Positions 38,505-48,590 of a stretch of DNA of 64,000 bases are shown piece by piece. Source of the DNA: Candidatus Latescibacterota bacterium (GTDB taxonomy: Bacteria; Latescibacterota; UBA2968; UBA8231); contig CBDCXV010000009.1 in assembly GCA_965223905.1 (NCBI GenBank), positions 64,001-128,000 on the forward strand, given 5' to 3'. Positions within the stretch are counted from its first letter, which is position 1. Each line of letters opens with the position of its first letter. Under the pieces are notes generated by a model that worked only from the letters and a program-made list of their open reading frames with translations, made no database searches and was not told the DNA's origin. Both the position numbers and the translations under genes were made by a program.

Positions 38505-39962
38505 CTACCCGAACAGCTTGAGCGACAGGCCCCAGCCGCTGACGCAGGCGAAAATGAAGAGGACCACAGCCGAAAGCAGGGCGCCGATCAGCACCGCGGG
38601 GCGGGTCCGGTAGCGGGGCGGAAGCATGAAGTTCAGGTAGATGGCGGCCGGCATCAGCAGCGCGATCGCCAGGTTGGCGAGGATGAAGCCGGCTATCTGG
38701 ATGAGGGTGTCGAAAGGGATGTCGAGCCAGATGATGGTGGTGGCGACTGCGAACATGTACAGGCAGATGTACCGTTTCAGGCTGTCGAAGTTCCACGTCC
38801 GGTCCGGCCACACGGCAGAGGTGAACCCCTGAACTACGCGGGCGTACATCTCGGGGAGCGCCTGCAGCGTTCCCCACAGGGCGGCGATGATGCACACGTA
38901 GTAGATCCACACCAGCGTCGGGTGAATGTTGGCCCACACGTGCGCCTGGTTGGTCAGCAGGCTCCAGCCCTCGAAGCGGGTCTGCAGCGGCATCAGCACC
39001 ACGGCGCCGGAGATCAGGAAAGCGGCGCTGACCAGGAACAGAACAATCGCCCCGAGGCAGACGTCCCAGCGCAACGGCGACACCAGTTGCCGCAGGCGGC
39101 TCACCTGCTCGTCGTCTTCCGGGAGGTAGTCTATCGTCTTGCTGGCGGACGCGTGCTCGCGGATGCGGTCGATGTCGTCGTGTCCGGTCAGGCCCCAGCG
39201 GTGCAGGCCGACCCAGTTGGAATAGGCGAGGTAGGTGAAGACGCCGCCGCCGACGTAGCCGAAGGCGGTGGCCAGGGTGAGCAGCGGGTGCTTGATGGCG
39301 TCGGCCGGGGCCCAGGCGGGAGGATCCGGCAGTCCGTATATGCCGAAGGTGCCGAGGAGGGCGCCGACGAAATCGGGCCGCACCATCAGGGTGCCGATCA
39401 TCGTTCCGATGACGAGAATGCCGCAGATCGCCAGCTGCTGCTTCTCGAGGCGCTCGAAGGAAAGCCGGATGCCGAACAGCATCGCCACGGCGATGAAGAA
39501 GGTGGAGATGCCGTTTTCCCAGAACTTCTCGGCGGCGTCGACGCCGCCGGCCGAGGCGATGAACAGGTGGTGGACGAGGTCGCCGCACGGTTTGGAGATC
39601 GCCACCCAGGCCAGCGGCGCCACCGACAGCTCGAGGACGATCAGCGTTATCAGCAGCCAGCCGCGCGGACCGGGCAGGTGGACGAGGCGGTGGCCGATGT
39701 ACTCGCCGCTGATCGCCGTGTAGCGGCCGAGGAGATAGGTGACGAAGATGCTTTTCGCCAGCACGCTGAGCAGGATCAGCCACAACAGGTCGTACCCGGA
39801 CCAGGCGCCGAGGCGCACCACGACGATGGTCTCTCCGGCGCCGATGCTCACCGAGGCGACTATCGCCGCCGGACCGAACGCGGACATCATGGCGAGGAAC
39901 CGCCGGAGCGACCAGGGCTCGGCGTACACTCCTTTGAGAGGCGGTACGGTTACTTTATCCAT
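38505..39962 (-). CDS. Nramp/APC-superfamily-like membrane transporter
   Basis: FGPAAIVASVSIGAGE, GYDLLW, many hydrophobic segments. Confidence 0.8.
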   Translation of the reverse strand: MDKVTVPPLKGVYAEPWSLRRFLAMMSAFGPAAIVASVSIGAGETIVVVRLGAWSGYDLLWLILLSVLAKSIFVTYLLGRYTAISGEYIGHRLVHLPGPRGWLLITLIVLELSVAPLAWVAISKPCGDLVHHLFIASAGGVDAAEKFWENGISTFFIAVAMLFGIRLSFERLEKQQLAICGILVIGTMIGTLMVRPDFVGALLGTFGIYGLPDPPAWAPADAIKHPLLTLATAFGYVGGGVFTYLAYSNWVGLHRWGLTGHDDIDRIREHASASKTIDYLPEDDEQVSRLRQLVSPLRWDVCLGAIVLFLVSAAFLISGAVVLMPLQTRFEGWSLLTNQAHVWANIHPTLVWIYYVCIIAALWGTLQALPEMYARVVQGFTSAVWPDRTWNFDSLKRYICLYMFAVATTIIWLDIPFDTLIQIAGFILANLAIALLMPAAIYLNFMLPPRYRTRPAVLIGALLSAVVLFIFACVSGWGLSLKLFG

Positions 39963-40242
39963 TTTGCTGAGGATTCTGCGGATTCAGGGCGGAAGGACAG
40001 GGCCGTGAGGGGCAGAATATGGCCGCCCTCCGGCGCGGCATCAACTCGGGGTGGTGGGTCCGGTCGCTTGACACCGGGCTGCCTCGGCGCTACCCCTATC
40101 TGCCCGCAGCCGGGCAAACTTCCCTTTCGTCCACCGGGTTCGTCCGGCCGCGGCCCGATTCGCCCGCCTCGCCTGCGGGCGCCTTTTGACCCAGGCTGCT
40201 GCCGATCTGCAGAAGAGCATTCCGCGAGCGAGACCCGTGCCA

Positions 40243-40857
40243 ATGAACGGCAGGCAGCACTCCTGTTTTCTCGACCGGCCCTCAGAACGTTATCGCAACA
40301 GCTTCCTGGCCGGCGCCGCGGAGTTCGTTCGCGAAGGCAGGCTGGACTCGACGTACGCGGCGCTTCTCGGCTACGACCTGCGCAAGCTCGAAAGGCGTTT
40401 CTCCGCCTTCGTGTGGGACCTGCGCAAGCTCGACGAGAAACGTCCCGGCAGCTATTCCGGCTACCAGGACCGCGTTTTCTGGCTGATCGACCGGGATGAG
40501 TACGTGGGCCAGCTGTCGGTGCGCCCGGAGCTGGGCACCCCCTACCTGGTGACCTACGGGGGACACGTGGGCTACAGCATTCGCCCGGGACTTCGCCGCC
40601 GCGGGTACGGGCAGACCATCCTCTCCCTGGCTTTGAGGGAATGCAGCGCCATGGGACTGGCGCGCCTGCTGGTTACCTGCGATTCGGACAACCTTGCCTC
40701 GAAGAAGATCATCGAGCGCAACGGCGGCGAGTTCGAGAGCGCCATGAAAATGGACCGCCGGGCACTCGAAGCGGAAGGCCGCAGGCGCGGCGAGTTTGTG
40801 CGCAAGCTGCGCTACTGGATCGATCTCGGTGCCGTGGCGGAAGGAGCCGCCCGGTGA
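40243..40857 (+). CDS. GNAT N-acetyltransferase
   Basis: GGHVGYSIRPGLRRRGYG, LVTCDSDNLASKKIIERNGG. Confidence 0.88.
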   Translation: MNGRQHSCFLDRPSERYRNSFLAGAAEFVREGRLDSTYAALLGYDLRKLERRFSAFVWDLRKLDEKRPGSYSGYQDRVFWLIDRDEYVGQLSVRPELGTPYLVTYGGHVGYSIRPGLRRRGYGQTILSLALRECSAMGLARLLVTCDSDNLASKKIIERNGGEFESAMKMDRRALEAEGRRRGEFVRKLRYWIDLGAVAEGAAR

Positions 40858-42050
40858 GTGAGCGCGTCGCACCCGACTACGGCGGCGGCAGCATAGTCAA
40901 CCTGGCGGCGTCGCTGGTGGCCGCTTTCGGAGTCGAGCCTCCGGCCCCCTGTTGCCGGGACGGCCTGCTTCCCTCGGAACCGCTGGCCGCCGGGGGGGAC
41001 GTCGCCCTGGTGGTGTGCGACGCCGCCGGCCTGCACCAGCTGCAGCGGGCAATGGAGGCGGGGCGCACCCCGAATCTCTGTCGCCTTGCCGAGGCCGCGC
41101 CCGGAGGTCTGGGGCAGCTCACCTCGGTTTTTCCCTCGACGACGACGGCCGCCCTGACCTCGCTCAGCAACGCGCGGGCTCCCTGCGATCACGGGATGCT
41201 CGGCCACCGGCTCTGGCTCGAGGAGTTGGGAAGCCTGTGCAACATGCTGCGGTTCACCACCGGCTCGCAGCCGCCGGAGGCGTTCGACGAAGAGGTGGTT
41301 CGCGCCGTGCCGACGGTCTACGAACTGCTCGCCGCCGCGGGCGTCTCTTCGAACCTCATCAGCTCGGCCGACTACGAAGGAACGGCGTTCACCGCGCTCC
41401 TGAGCCGGGGCGCCGCCTACCTGGGATACCGCGCGCAGTCCGAGCTCCCGCACCTGCTGGAAAGCTGCCTGAAGGAGAGCGTCGGCCGCAGCTTTCACTT
41501 CCTCTACTGGCCGATGATCGACACCCTCTCCCACCAGTACGGCCCGGTTTCGACGAGGGAGGAATCGCGCGCCTGTCTGCTGGAGTTCGAATTCATCGAC
41601 CTGATGGTCGGCCACGTCGCCGAGGTCTGCCGAGGCCACGGCTGCTCGCTGGTAATCACCGCCGATCACGGCCAGGTGCTGCTCGACCCGGAGAAGGCCC
41701 TGCTTCTGGAAGGGCCCGCGGCCGAGGCGCTGCGCTACCCCCCGGGCGGCGGCCGCAGGGCCTGGTACCTCGCCGCGGACGACTTGGAGGAGCTGGTGGG
41801 AAGCGACTACCTCGCGCACCCGGACGTCGACTGGGTGTACAGCGACGAGGCAGTCGCCCGCGGCTGGTTCGGGGGAGACTGCGGCAGGTTCCGTTCCCGC
41901 CTCGGAGACGTCGTCTCGCTTCCGGGGGACGCCATCCAGTTGGTCTACGACTACGGGTCGGGAATTCACACCCAGCGCGGCTCTCACGGGGGGATGACGG
42001 CCGAGGAGATGCTGGTGCCGCTGCTCGCGGTGCCGGCCGCCGCCTGGTGA
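40854..42050 (+). CDS. Alkaline phosphatase/nucleotide pyrophosphatase-family protein
   Basis: VVCDAAG, SVFPSTT, DTLSHQYGP, TADHG, GSHGG; GTGA overlap with the GNAT stop. Confidence 0.87.
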   Translation: MSERVAPDYGGGSIVNLAASLVAAFGVEPPAPCCRDGLLPSEPLAAGGDVALVVCDAAGLHQLQRAMEAGRTPNLCRLAEAAPGGLGQLTSVFPSTTTAALTSLSNARAPCDHGMLGHRLWLEELGSLCNMLRFTTGSQPPEAFDEEVVRAVPTVYELLAAAGVSSNLISSADYEGTAFTALLSRGAAYLGYRAQSELPHLLESCLKESVGRSFHFLYWPMIDTLSHQYGPVSTREESRACLLEFEFIDLMVGHVAEVCRGHGCSLVITADHGQVLLDPEKALLLEGPAAEALRYPPGGGRRAWYLAADDLEELVGSDYLAHPDVDWVYSDEAVARGWFGGDCGRFRSRLGDVVSLPGDAIQLVYDYGSGIHTQRGSHGGMTAEEMLVPLLAVPAAAW

Positions 42051-42057
42051 TCCTCCC

Positions 42058-43245
42058 ATGCCCGAGGCGCCCCCCCGTCTCGAAGGGAACTGGATGGACC
42101 CGGGCGGCGGCGAGACCGCGGTCCTGTTCACCACCAACCCCGGCCTGGAAGACATCGTCGCCGACGAGTTCTCCGGCCTCCTTGCGGGAGCGGGCTTGCC
42201 GGCGCCGCGGTTCGACCTCGAGCCGTTCGGGTTCGGCGGGCACGTCCTCGCCCTGGTGCCGGATGGCGAACGCGGGCAGGGGGAAGCGCCAGGGGGATCC
42301 GGCGCCGGCCTGTGGGACCTGGTCCTGGAGTTGCGTTCCGCCCATCACGTGGTGCGACCCCTCTACAGCTTCGAAATTCCGGCAGAGGCCTCGACGGAGG
42401 GGGAGCCGGCCGCGGCCGAGCGCAGTCTCGAGGAGATCTACTCGCAGGTAGCCGGCCGCGGGATTCCGGGGATGGAGAAAGCCCGCTCCTTTCGCGTGAC
42501 CACGAAACGCAGCGGCGACCACCCCTTCACGAGCGTCGATGTGCAGCGGCGGGCCGGGGCGGCCCTTGTCGCGCGTTACGGGGCGGCCGTCGACCTGACC
42601 GGCTTCGACTGCAACGTGCGCGTCGACCTGTTCGGGTCGACCTGCATCGTCGGGCTTCAGGTCACGCGGAACCCCCTGAGCGACCGGCGCCTGCGCCCCT
42701 TCTCCCCGCGCACCTCGCTGCGGCCCAACGTCGCCTTCGCCCTGATTCAGCTAGCCCGCCTGCGTGCGGACGGGGGGCCGCTGCTCGACCCGTTCTGCGG
42801 TTCCGGCACCATCCTGCGGGAGGCCTCCCGGTGTTTCCCGGGGATGGAGCTGTTCGGCAGCGACTACTCCGAGAAGGTGATCGCCGGGGCCGCGGACAAC
42901 CTCGAAGCCATGATCGCCTCCGGCAGGTTGAGACTGCGCCGGTGCGACGCGCGCAGAATGGGGGAGGAGTACGGCAGCCGCCGCTTTCAGGCGATCGTCA
43001 CAAACCCGCCCTACGGGGTGCGCCAGGCCCGCGGCATGGACTTCGTCCGGTTCTACCGGCGCTTCCTCGAGCAGGCGGCCGAGGTGCTGCTCCCGGGAGG
43101 GCGGCTTGTCCTGATTGCCTGGAAGCGCGGCGCCATCGACCGCGCCAACCGCGGTCTGCGGCTGTTCAGAAAGGTCCACGTCCGCGTCGTCGAGACGGGC
43201 GGCATCTATCCGCGCGTCTACGTGCTGGAACGCAGGGACCGGTAG
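42058..43245 (+). CDS. THUMP-domain RNA methyltransferase (Trm14/RlmL-like)
   Basis: SFRVTTKRSG, LLDPFCGSGT, TNPPYG. Confidence 0.85.
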   Translation: MPEAPPRLEGNWMDPGGGETAVLFTTNPGLEDIVADEFSGLLAGAGLPAPRFDLEPFGFGGHVLALVPDGERGQGEAPGGSGAGLWDLVLELRSAHHVVRPLYSFEIPAEASTEGEPAAAERSLEEIYSQVAGRGIPGMEKARSFRVTTKRSGDHPFTSVDVQRRAGAALVARYGAAVDLTGFDCNVRVDLFGSTCIVGLQVTRNPLSDRRLRPFSPRTSLRPNVAFALIQLARLRADGGPLLDPFCGSGTILREASRCFPGMELFGSDYSEKVIAGAADNLEAMIASGRLRLRRCDARRMGEEYGSRRFQAIVTNPPYGVRQARGMDFVRFYRRFLEQAAEVLLPGGRLVLIAWKRGAIDRANRGLRLFRKVHVRVVETGGIYPRVYVLERRDR

Positions 43246-43490
43246 CAGCACGGCGGGTTCGGGCATTCGAGATCGTCCGGTGCCCGCGCACAGGTGCCGG
43301 GGTGCCGGACCGGCTACTCGCTGACCGTCCGGGGACCGCCGCCGCTGTCGGGTGTGGCCCTTTGCTCTCCGAGTCCTGTCCGTGCCAGCAGAAGTTGCGG
43401 GCGAACCACGCCAGCTCGGGATCGTTCGTCGTCAACTTTCCCTTGTCCGTTGGTCATCACCTTGTTTGCCGCACGACCCGGGCGGTCGCC

Positions 43491-45893
43491 TCACATCATG
43501 GTCCGCCAGCGGAGCCGTCTGCCGTCCGAGGTGACGATGGCGGCGCCGCGGCGGTCGGTGCGCAGCACCGTAATCCCGCCGTTTCGCAGCCGCTCCAGCA
43601 CCTCCGGCGCCGGGTGGCCGAACTTGTTGAACTCCCCGGCGGAGATCACCGCCAACCCGGGGTTGACCCAGGAGAGCAGCGCCGGGTGGGTCGAGGTGTC
43701 GGAACCGTGGTGCCCGACCTTCAGCACGTCCGCCTGCAGCCGCTCCCCCCACCTCGCCAGCTCCAGGTCCGCGGCGCGTTCGGCGTCGCCGGTGAACAGG
43801 AAGCGGTGCCCTCGGTAGGTCAGGCGCATCACCACCGAGCCGTTGTTCAGCCCGTGCGGGGAGGCCCCTCCGGCGTCGACGAACTCCGGCGTCGGGTGCA
43901 GGACCAGAATGCCGGCTCCTCCCAGTCCGGCGATGCTGTCGCCGGCGGCGACTCGGTGATAGCGGGTTCCCCTCCCGGCGGCGAGCTCGCGCAGCCGCTG
44001 CGCCGCCCAGGAGTCGTAGCTCTGGCCGGCGTCCAGCAGGTGGCGGACTTCGAGCTGCTCCAGGACGGTGACCAGGCCGCCGATATGGTCGAGGTGCGGA
44101 TGCGACACCACCATCGCGTCGACGGTGCCGACGTTGTGGGCCTTGAGAAACGGCAACAGCACCCGCTGCCCGTAGTCGAAGCGGAAGCTGCGGCTGCCGC
44201 CGTCGATGAGCATGGAGCGGCCGTTCGGGAAACGCAGGAAGGCGGCGTCCCCCTGGCCCACGTCGAGGAAGCAGATCTCGATCTCGCGGCGGTCGAGAGC
44301 GGTTCTCCAAACCGCGGCGTTGGCGGCGATCAGGAGGGTGAAGAGGATCAGCTTGCGGGCGCCGGCGTGGTCCCGCCAGTGAGTGAGCAGAAAGGTCAGG
44401 AAGGCGGCGGTCACCAGCGCCGGCAGGGAGGGTCTCGGGGTCGTCACCGAGGCGTACGGCAGGCTGGCGAACAGCTCGACCGCTCCCATCATCCCTTTCA
44501 GGGCGAGATAGCCGCAGGCGTTGAACGCGGTGGCCGCGGCCGGCAGCCACCACCCGGTCAGGGCCGCGGCGACCCCCATGGCGAGGGCCGCGGTCAGCAG
44601 CGGCACGACGGCGAGATTTGCCAGCAGCGACACCGGCGCGAAGTGCTGGAAGTGGTAGGCGATCAGGGGGCTCGTGCCGGCCTGGGCGGCGATGGAGACG
44701 CACAGGGGGGCGACGAGCCATTTGCCGGCGGCGCTCTCCTCCGAGCGCCAGCGGGAGGGGAAGAGGGCGGCGAGGTTCCCGTGCAGCCCGACGATCGCCA
44801 GGGTCGCGGCGAACGAAAGCTGGAAGCTGAGGGAGAGCAGACTGGCCGGCCACGCCAGCAGGATGATGAGCGCCGCCAGGCCGAGCGAGTTGTACACGTC
44901 CCCCTGGCGGTCGAGGGCGCGCCCGACCAGCACCACCCCGGCCATGATCGCGGCGCGCACCACCGGGGGCTGCAGATCGGTTATCAGGGCGTAGAGCGCC
45001 AGGACCGCGGTGGTGGCGAGTGCGGCGGCCCGGTCGGGCAGGCGGCAGGTGCGCAGGCCGAAGAGGAAGAACAGCGCGATCAGGCCGACGTGGAGCCCGC
45101 TGACCACCAGGGCGTGCGCCAGTCCGGTGCTGCGGAACTGCTCCTTGAGTTCGGCCGGTATGCGGTACTTCTCGCCGAGCAGCATGCCGAGAAGCAGGCC
45201 GGCGGGGGCCCCGGACAGGTTGGCCTCGATCGCCTCCCTGATGGCGCTGCGGGCGGGCCGCAGCACCCGCTCCTGGAGCCAGGCCCCGGTGCGGGGGGCG
45301 GTCTCCAGCACCTGGTCCCGCCGCCGAACCGAGGCGACCGCATGGATATCCCGCTGCTGCAGAAAGGCGCGGTAGTCGAAGGCCGCGGGATTGCGCGCCG
45401 GCGAGGGACGCCGCAGGCGTACTTCCAGGACCACACTGTCGGCGTAATCGGCGGCAACGGGGACGGCGGACACGATCAGCACCCGCCCCGAGGCCCGCAC
45501 CCGCCCCTTCTCGAGCTCGACTGCGGACAGGTCGACGGCGAAGCGGGTGCGCTCGCCGCCGACCTCGGGATCGGATGCCAGGGCCCCGCGCAGTCGGAGG
45601 CGCTCGCCGAACAGCTCCGATCTCGAAACGTGGTCGGCCGGTAACAGTTCCGTAGCGGCGCGGTAACGCGCAGCCCCGAGACAGGCCGTCAGCAGCAGGC
45701 AGCAGCAGACGCAGGGGGCAGTTTCCGCCCAACCGGTGTACCGGGCCAGGAGGACGGCGGCGAAGGCAGCGGCCGCGGCGACCGTCCAGTGTTCGCAGGA
45801 GAAGAAGGCTTCGGAGCCGGCGAGGATACCCGCGGCGCAGGCCAACGCTGCCCACAGGGCCGGGCGCCGGCCCCGGAAGATGGCTGTCAGCAC
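43491..45893 (-). CDS. comEC: Competence DNA uptake channel ComEC/Rec2
   Basis: RNPAAFDY, GLAHALVVSGLHVG, SFQLSF, LDVGQGD, SHPHLDHIGG, KVGHHGS. Confidence 0.95.
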   Translation of the reverse strand: MLTAIFRGRRPALWAALACAAGILAGSEAFFSCEHWTVAAAAAFAAVLLARYTGWAETAPCVCCCLLLTACLGAARYRAATELLPADHVSRSELFGERLRLRGALASDPEVGGERTRFAVDLSAVELEKGRVRASGRVLIVSAVPVAADYADSVVLEVRLRRPSPARNPAAFDYRAFLQQRDIHAVASVRRRDQVLETAPRTGAWLQERVLRPARSAIREAIEANLSGAPAGLLLGMLLGEKYRIPAELKEQFRSTGLAHALVVSGLHVGLIALFFLFGLRTCRLPDRAAALATTAVLALYALITDLQPPVVRAAIMAGVVLVGRALDRQGDVYNSLGLAALIILLAWPASLLSLSFQLSFAATLAIVGLHGNLAALFPSRWRSEESAAGKWLVAPLCVSIAAQAGTSPLIAYHFQHFAPVSLLANLAVVPLLTAALAMGVAAALTGWWLPAAATAFNACGYLALKGMMGAVELFASLPYASVTTPRPSLPALVTAAFLTFLLTHWRDHAGARKLILFTLLIAANAAVWRTALDRREIEICFLDVGQGDAAFLRFPNGRSMLIDGGSRSFRFDYGQRVLLPFLKAHNVGTVDAMVVSHPHLDHIGGLVTVLEQLEVRHLLDAGQSYDSWAAQRLRELAAGRGTRYHRVAAGDSIAGLGGAGILVLHPTPEFVDAGGASPHGLNNGSVVMRLTYRGHRFLFTGDAERAADLELARWGERLQADVLKVGHHGSDTSTHPALLSWVNPGLAVISAGEFNKFGHPAPEVLERLRNGGITVLRTDRRGAAIVTSDGRRLRWRTMM

Positions 45894-46125
45894 CCCGGGC
45901 GAGGGGCAAAACCCGTTCCACCTGTCCGCGGCAGGACATTACAGCCCGTTGAAATGGTCCACCCAGGCCGTGGTCGGCCCTCGATGCCGCGAACCCGAAG
46001 GGTTCGTGTCGGGAACGGCTTCGCCGTTTCCCTGAAGCGCTCGAAGAGCGTTCCGAATCCTACGGGATGGCTCCGCCCGGCTTCAGGGAAACTTCATAAC
46101 CTGTCCGTAACCGGGGAAGCGGCCG

Positions 46126-46154
46126 TCGACAGGGTTCCGACCCCCGGGTATATT
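46126..46154 (+). promoter_or_regulatory. Putative sigma70 promoter for fxsA (near-leaderless)
   Basis: TCGACA-17 bp-TATATT, 9 bp before the ATG. Confidence 0.45.
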
Positions 46155-46163
46155 GCCCGCCCC

Positions 46164-46544
46164 ATGTGGTGGCGGCTCTTCCTGGTTTTCACGGTGACCC
46201 CGGTCGTCGAGCTGGCCCTGTTGATCCGGGTCGGACAGAGCCTCGGCGTCCTGCCGACGATCGCCATCGTCGTCGCGACCGGGGCCGCCGGGGCGCTGCT
46301 GGCCCGCAGCCAGGGTCTGCTGGCCCTGCGCCGCCTGATGCGTGCCGCCTCCGGCGCCGCCTTTCCCGGAGACGAGATCTTCGATGGGGTGCTGATCCTG
46401 ATGGGGGGACTGCTGCTGCTGACGCCGGGCTTCCTCACCGACATCATCGGCTTCGCCGCCCTTCTGCCCGGCACGCGCGGCGTTCTCAAGGAGATCGTCC
46501 GGCGCCAGGTGCGCCGGCGCATGCGGCGCGTCCGCTCCGTCTGA
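46164..46544 (+). CDS. fxsA: FxsA-family membrane protein
   Basis: PVVELALLI, GGLLLLTPGFLTDIIG. Confidence 0.9.
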   Translation: MWWRLFLVFTVTPVVELALLIRVGQSLGVLPTIAIVVATGAAGALLARSQGLLALRRLMRAASGAAFPGDEIFDGVLILMGGLLLLTPGFLTDIIGFAALLPGTRGVLKEIVRRQVRRRMRRVRSV

Positions 46545-46567
46545 CCGCTTGCGGCCGGCCCCCGGGG

Positions 46568-48124
46568 TCAGGCGGTCTTCTCCGCCAGCATCTCGAGGAC
46601 GCGCTCTTTCCCGACCAGGCTGACGAAGGACCCGAACCGCGGTCCCCTCTCCTGCCCGAGCAGCACTTCGTAGAAGGCGCGAAACAGCTCCTTTGGCTCC
46701 TTCCCCGCGGCGCGCGCCACCTCGAAGGGGATCGCCTGCCAGGTCTCCTCGTCCCCGTTCTCGCAGCGGAAAAGCTGGGCCCGCATTTCGGCCAGCAGCC
46801 CCCGCTCCTCCGGCGACGGCGCCCGGTACTTCTTGGCCGGCAGGACGCGGTCCTTGTAGTAGTTCATCCCCTTGTCGATCAGTGCCTCGACCACCGCTTC
46901 GTTGTCGGCGACGGTCGGGTCGTAGCGCCGCAGGAACTCCTTGAGAAGCCCGGTCGAGTCGATCCCCAGCGCCGATATCAGGTTGCTGACCGTGGTCGAA
47001 TCGACGCCGGAGCCGTACCGCGGCACACCTTCCCCCTTGCCGTGGATGTGCCACAGCTCGCTCTCGGGGCGCTTCTCCCCGGGGATTTCCGGATAGGCGC
47101 GCAGGGCGGCGAGATAGTCGTCGACGCACTTGGGCACGATGCCCCAGTGCAGGCGTTTGGCGCGCTGGGGATTCTGGTACAGGAAGAAGAGCAGGGATTC
47201 GAGCGGCGCGTACTGCGACCACTCGTCGACGGTGACCCCCATCCTTCCGGCGCTGCTGGAGATCCGGCGTCCCTCCTCGTCGAGGAACATCTCGATCGTC
47301 ATTCCCGCGGGCGGTTGCTTTCCCATGATGCGTACGATGCGCCCCGACAGCCTCACCGAGTCGATCAGGTCCTTTCCCGACATCTCGTAGTCGACCTCGT
47401 ACGCGTACCAGCGCAGGGCCCAGTCGACCTTCCAGCCGACCTTCGCCAGGCCCCCGAGGATCGACTGCTCGCCGCTCTCGCCGCAGCCGACGTACCTGTC
47501 GGTGCGGATGTCGCAGGCGAAACCGACGCTGTCGCGGTCCGGACGGTAGGAGGTCACCCGCGTCGCGTTGATCGATCCGCAGCCGGGGCAGACCGGGAAG
47601 AAGGGGGACCAGTGCTCGCGGTTCTCCTCGCGGAGGGTGGGGAGTATCACCTCTTTGACTTCGTCGACCTTTGCGAGCAGCACCGAGAGCCCTTTGTCGA
47701 ACACCCCGCTGGCGTAGGCGTCGCGCGAGCTTCGGATATCGTAGTCGAAGCCGTACGAGTGGAGGAACTCGCGCAGCTTCAGGTTCATGTGGTCGCTGAA
47801 GCTCGAGCAGCAGCCGAAGGGATCCGGTACCGCGTGCAGCGGCCGCCCGAGGTTGGCGGCCAGCATGTCGGGCTGCGGCAGGTTGGGCGGAACCTTGCGC
47901 AGGCCGTCCATGTCGTCGCTGAAGCAGATCAGGATGGTCGGTTTTTCGTACTGATGTTGGTAGGCGTTGCGGACCCAGGTGGTGCGGGCGACCTCGGAGA
48001 AGTGGCCCACATGGGGAAAGCCGCTGGGCCCGAACCCGGTCTGGAAAACCGCACCCGGCTTCCAGGGGTCGCGGCGGGCGATCCGGCCCGCTTCCCGGAA
48101 CGGCCAGGCCTTGTATTCGCCCAT
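46568..48124 (-). CDS. lysS: Class I lysyl-tRNA synthetase
   Basis: TGFGPSGFPHVGH, SDDMDGLRKVP, WKVDWALRW, GKDL, RISSS (KMSKS-like), GPRFGSF. Confidence 0.93.
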   Translation of the reverse strand: MGEYKAWPFREAGRIARRDPWKPGAVFQTGFGPSGFPHVGHFSEVARTTWVRNAYQHQYEKPTILICFSDDMDGLRKVPPNLPQPDMLAANLGRPLHAVPDPFGCCSSFSDHMNLKLREFLHSYGFDYDIRSSRDAYASGVFDKGLSVLLAKVDEVKEVILPTLREENREHWSPFFPVCPGCGSINATRVTSYRPDRDSVGFACDIRTDRYVGCGESGEQSILGGLAKVGWKVDWALRWYAYEVDYEMSGKDLIDSVRLSGRIVRIMGKQPPAGMTIEMFLDEEGRRISSSAGRMGVTVDEWSQYAPLESLLFFLYQNPQRAKRLHWGIVPKCVDDYLAALRAYPEIPGEKRPESELWHIHGKGEGVPRYGSGVDSTTVSNLISALGIDSTGLLKEFLRRYDPTVADNEAVVEALIDKGMNYYKDRVLPAKKYRAPSPEERGLLAEMRAQLFRCENGDEETWQAIPFEVARAAGKEPKELFRAFYEVLLGQERGPRFGSFVSLVGKERVLEMLAEKTA

Positions 48125-48141
48125 CGCAGCTCCTGGGAGGC

Positions 48142-48360
48142 TCAGCGATTGCGAAACGTGATGCGTCCCCGCGTCAGGTCGTATGGAGACAGGGCGACGG
48201 TCACCTGGTCACCGGGAAGGACGCGAATGTAGTACTTCCGCATCTTCCCCGAGATGTGCGCCAGGATCACGTGTCCGTTCTCCATCTCGACCTTGAAGAA
48301 GCCGTTGGGCAGGGCTTCCTTGACGACGGCTTGGACTTCTATCGCTTCTTCCTTGGGCAT
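48142..48360 (-). CDS. infA: Translation initiation factor IF-1
   Basis: [42 protein letters not shown]. Confidence 0.98.
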   Translation of the reverse strand: MPKEEAIEVQAVVKEALPNGFFKVEMENGHVILAHISGKMRKYYIRVLPGDQVTVALSPYDLTRGRITFRNR

Positions 48361-48415
48361 GAACTCCGCAGATCGGTAAACTCGGAGATTCCATTCCGGG
48401 ACGGTGCACACAATG

Positions 48416-48459
48416 AAAAAGCGAGCCGAGTCTTCCTTTCCCGGAAGCTTCGCTCGCTT
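48416..48459 (-). terminator. Terminator-like hairpin inside the infA 5' leader
   Basis: Minus strand AAGCGAGC...CTTCC GGGAAA GGAAG...GCTCGC followed by TTTTT. Confidence 0.55.
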
Positions 48460-48536
48460 GCGTTCCCCACGGCCCGCCGGAATCTCAGAGAGTCATTAAA
48501 TGCCTTGCTTGTCGTCCATTATTTCAGAACCAGCCA

Positions 48537-48565
48537 AGATTACGGAATGCCCATCGCCAAGTCAA
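48537..48565 (-). promoter_or_regulatory. Putative sigma70 promoter upstream of infA
   Basis: TTGACT-17 bp-TAATCT on the minus strand. Confidence 0.6.
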
Positions 48566-48590
48566 CGAACCTCTTGCAGCCGGATCCGCC

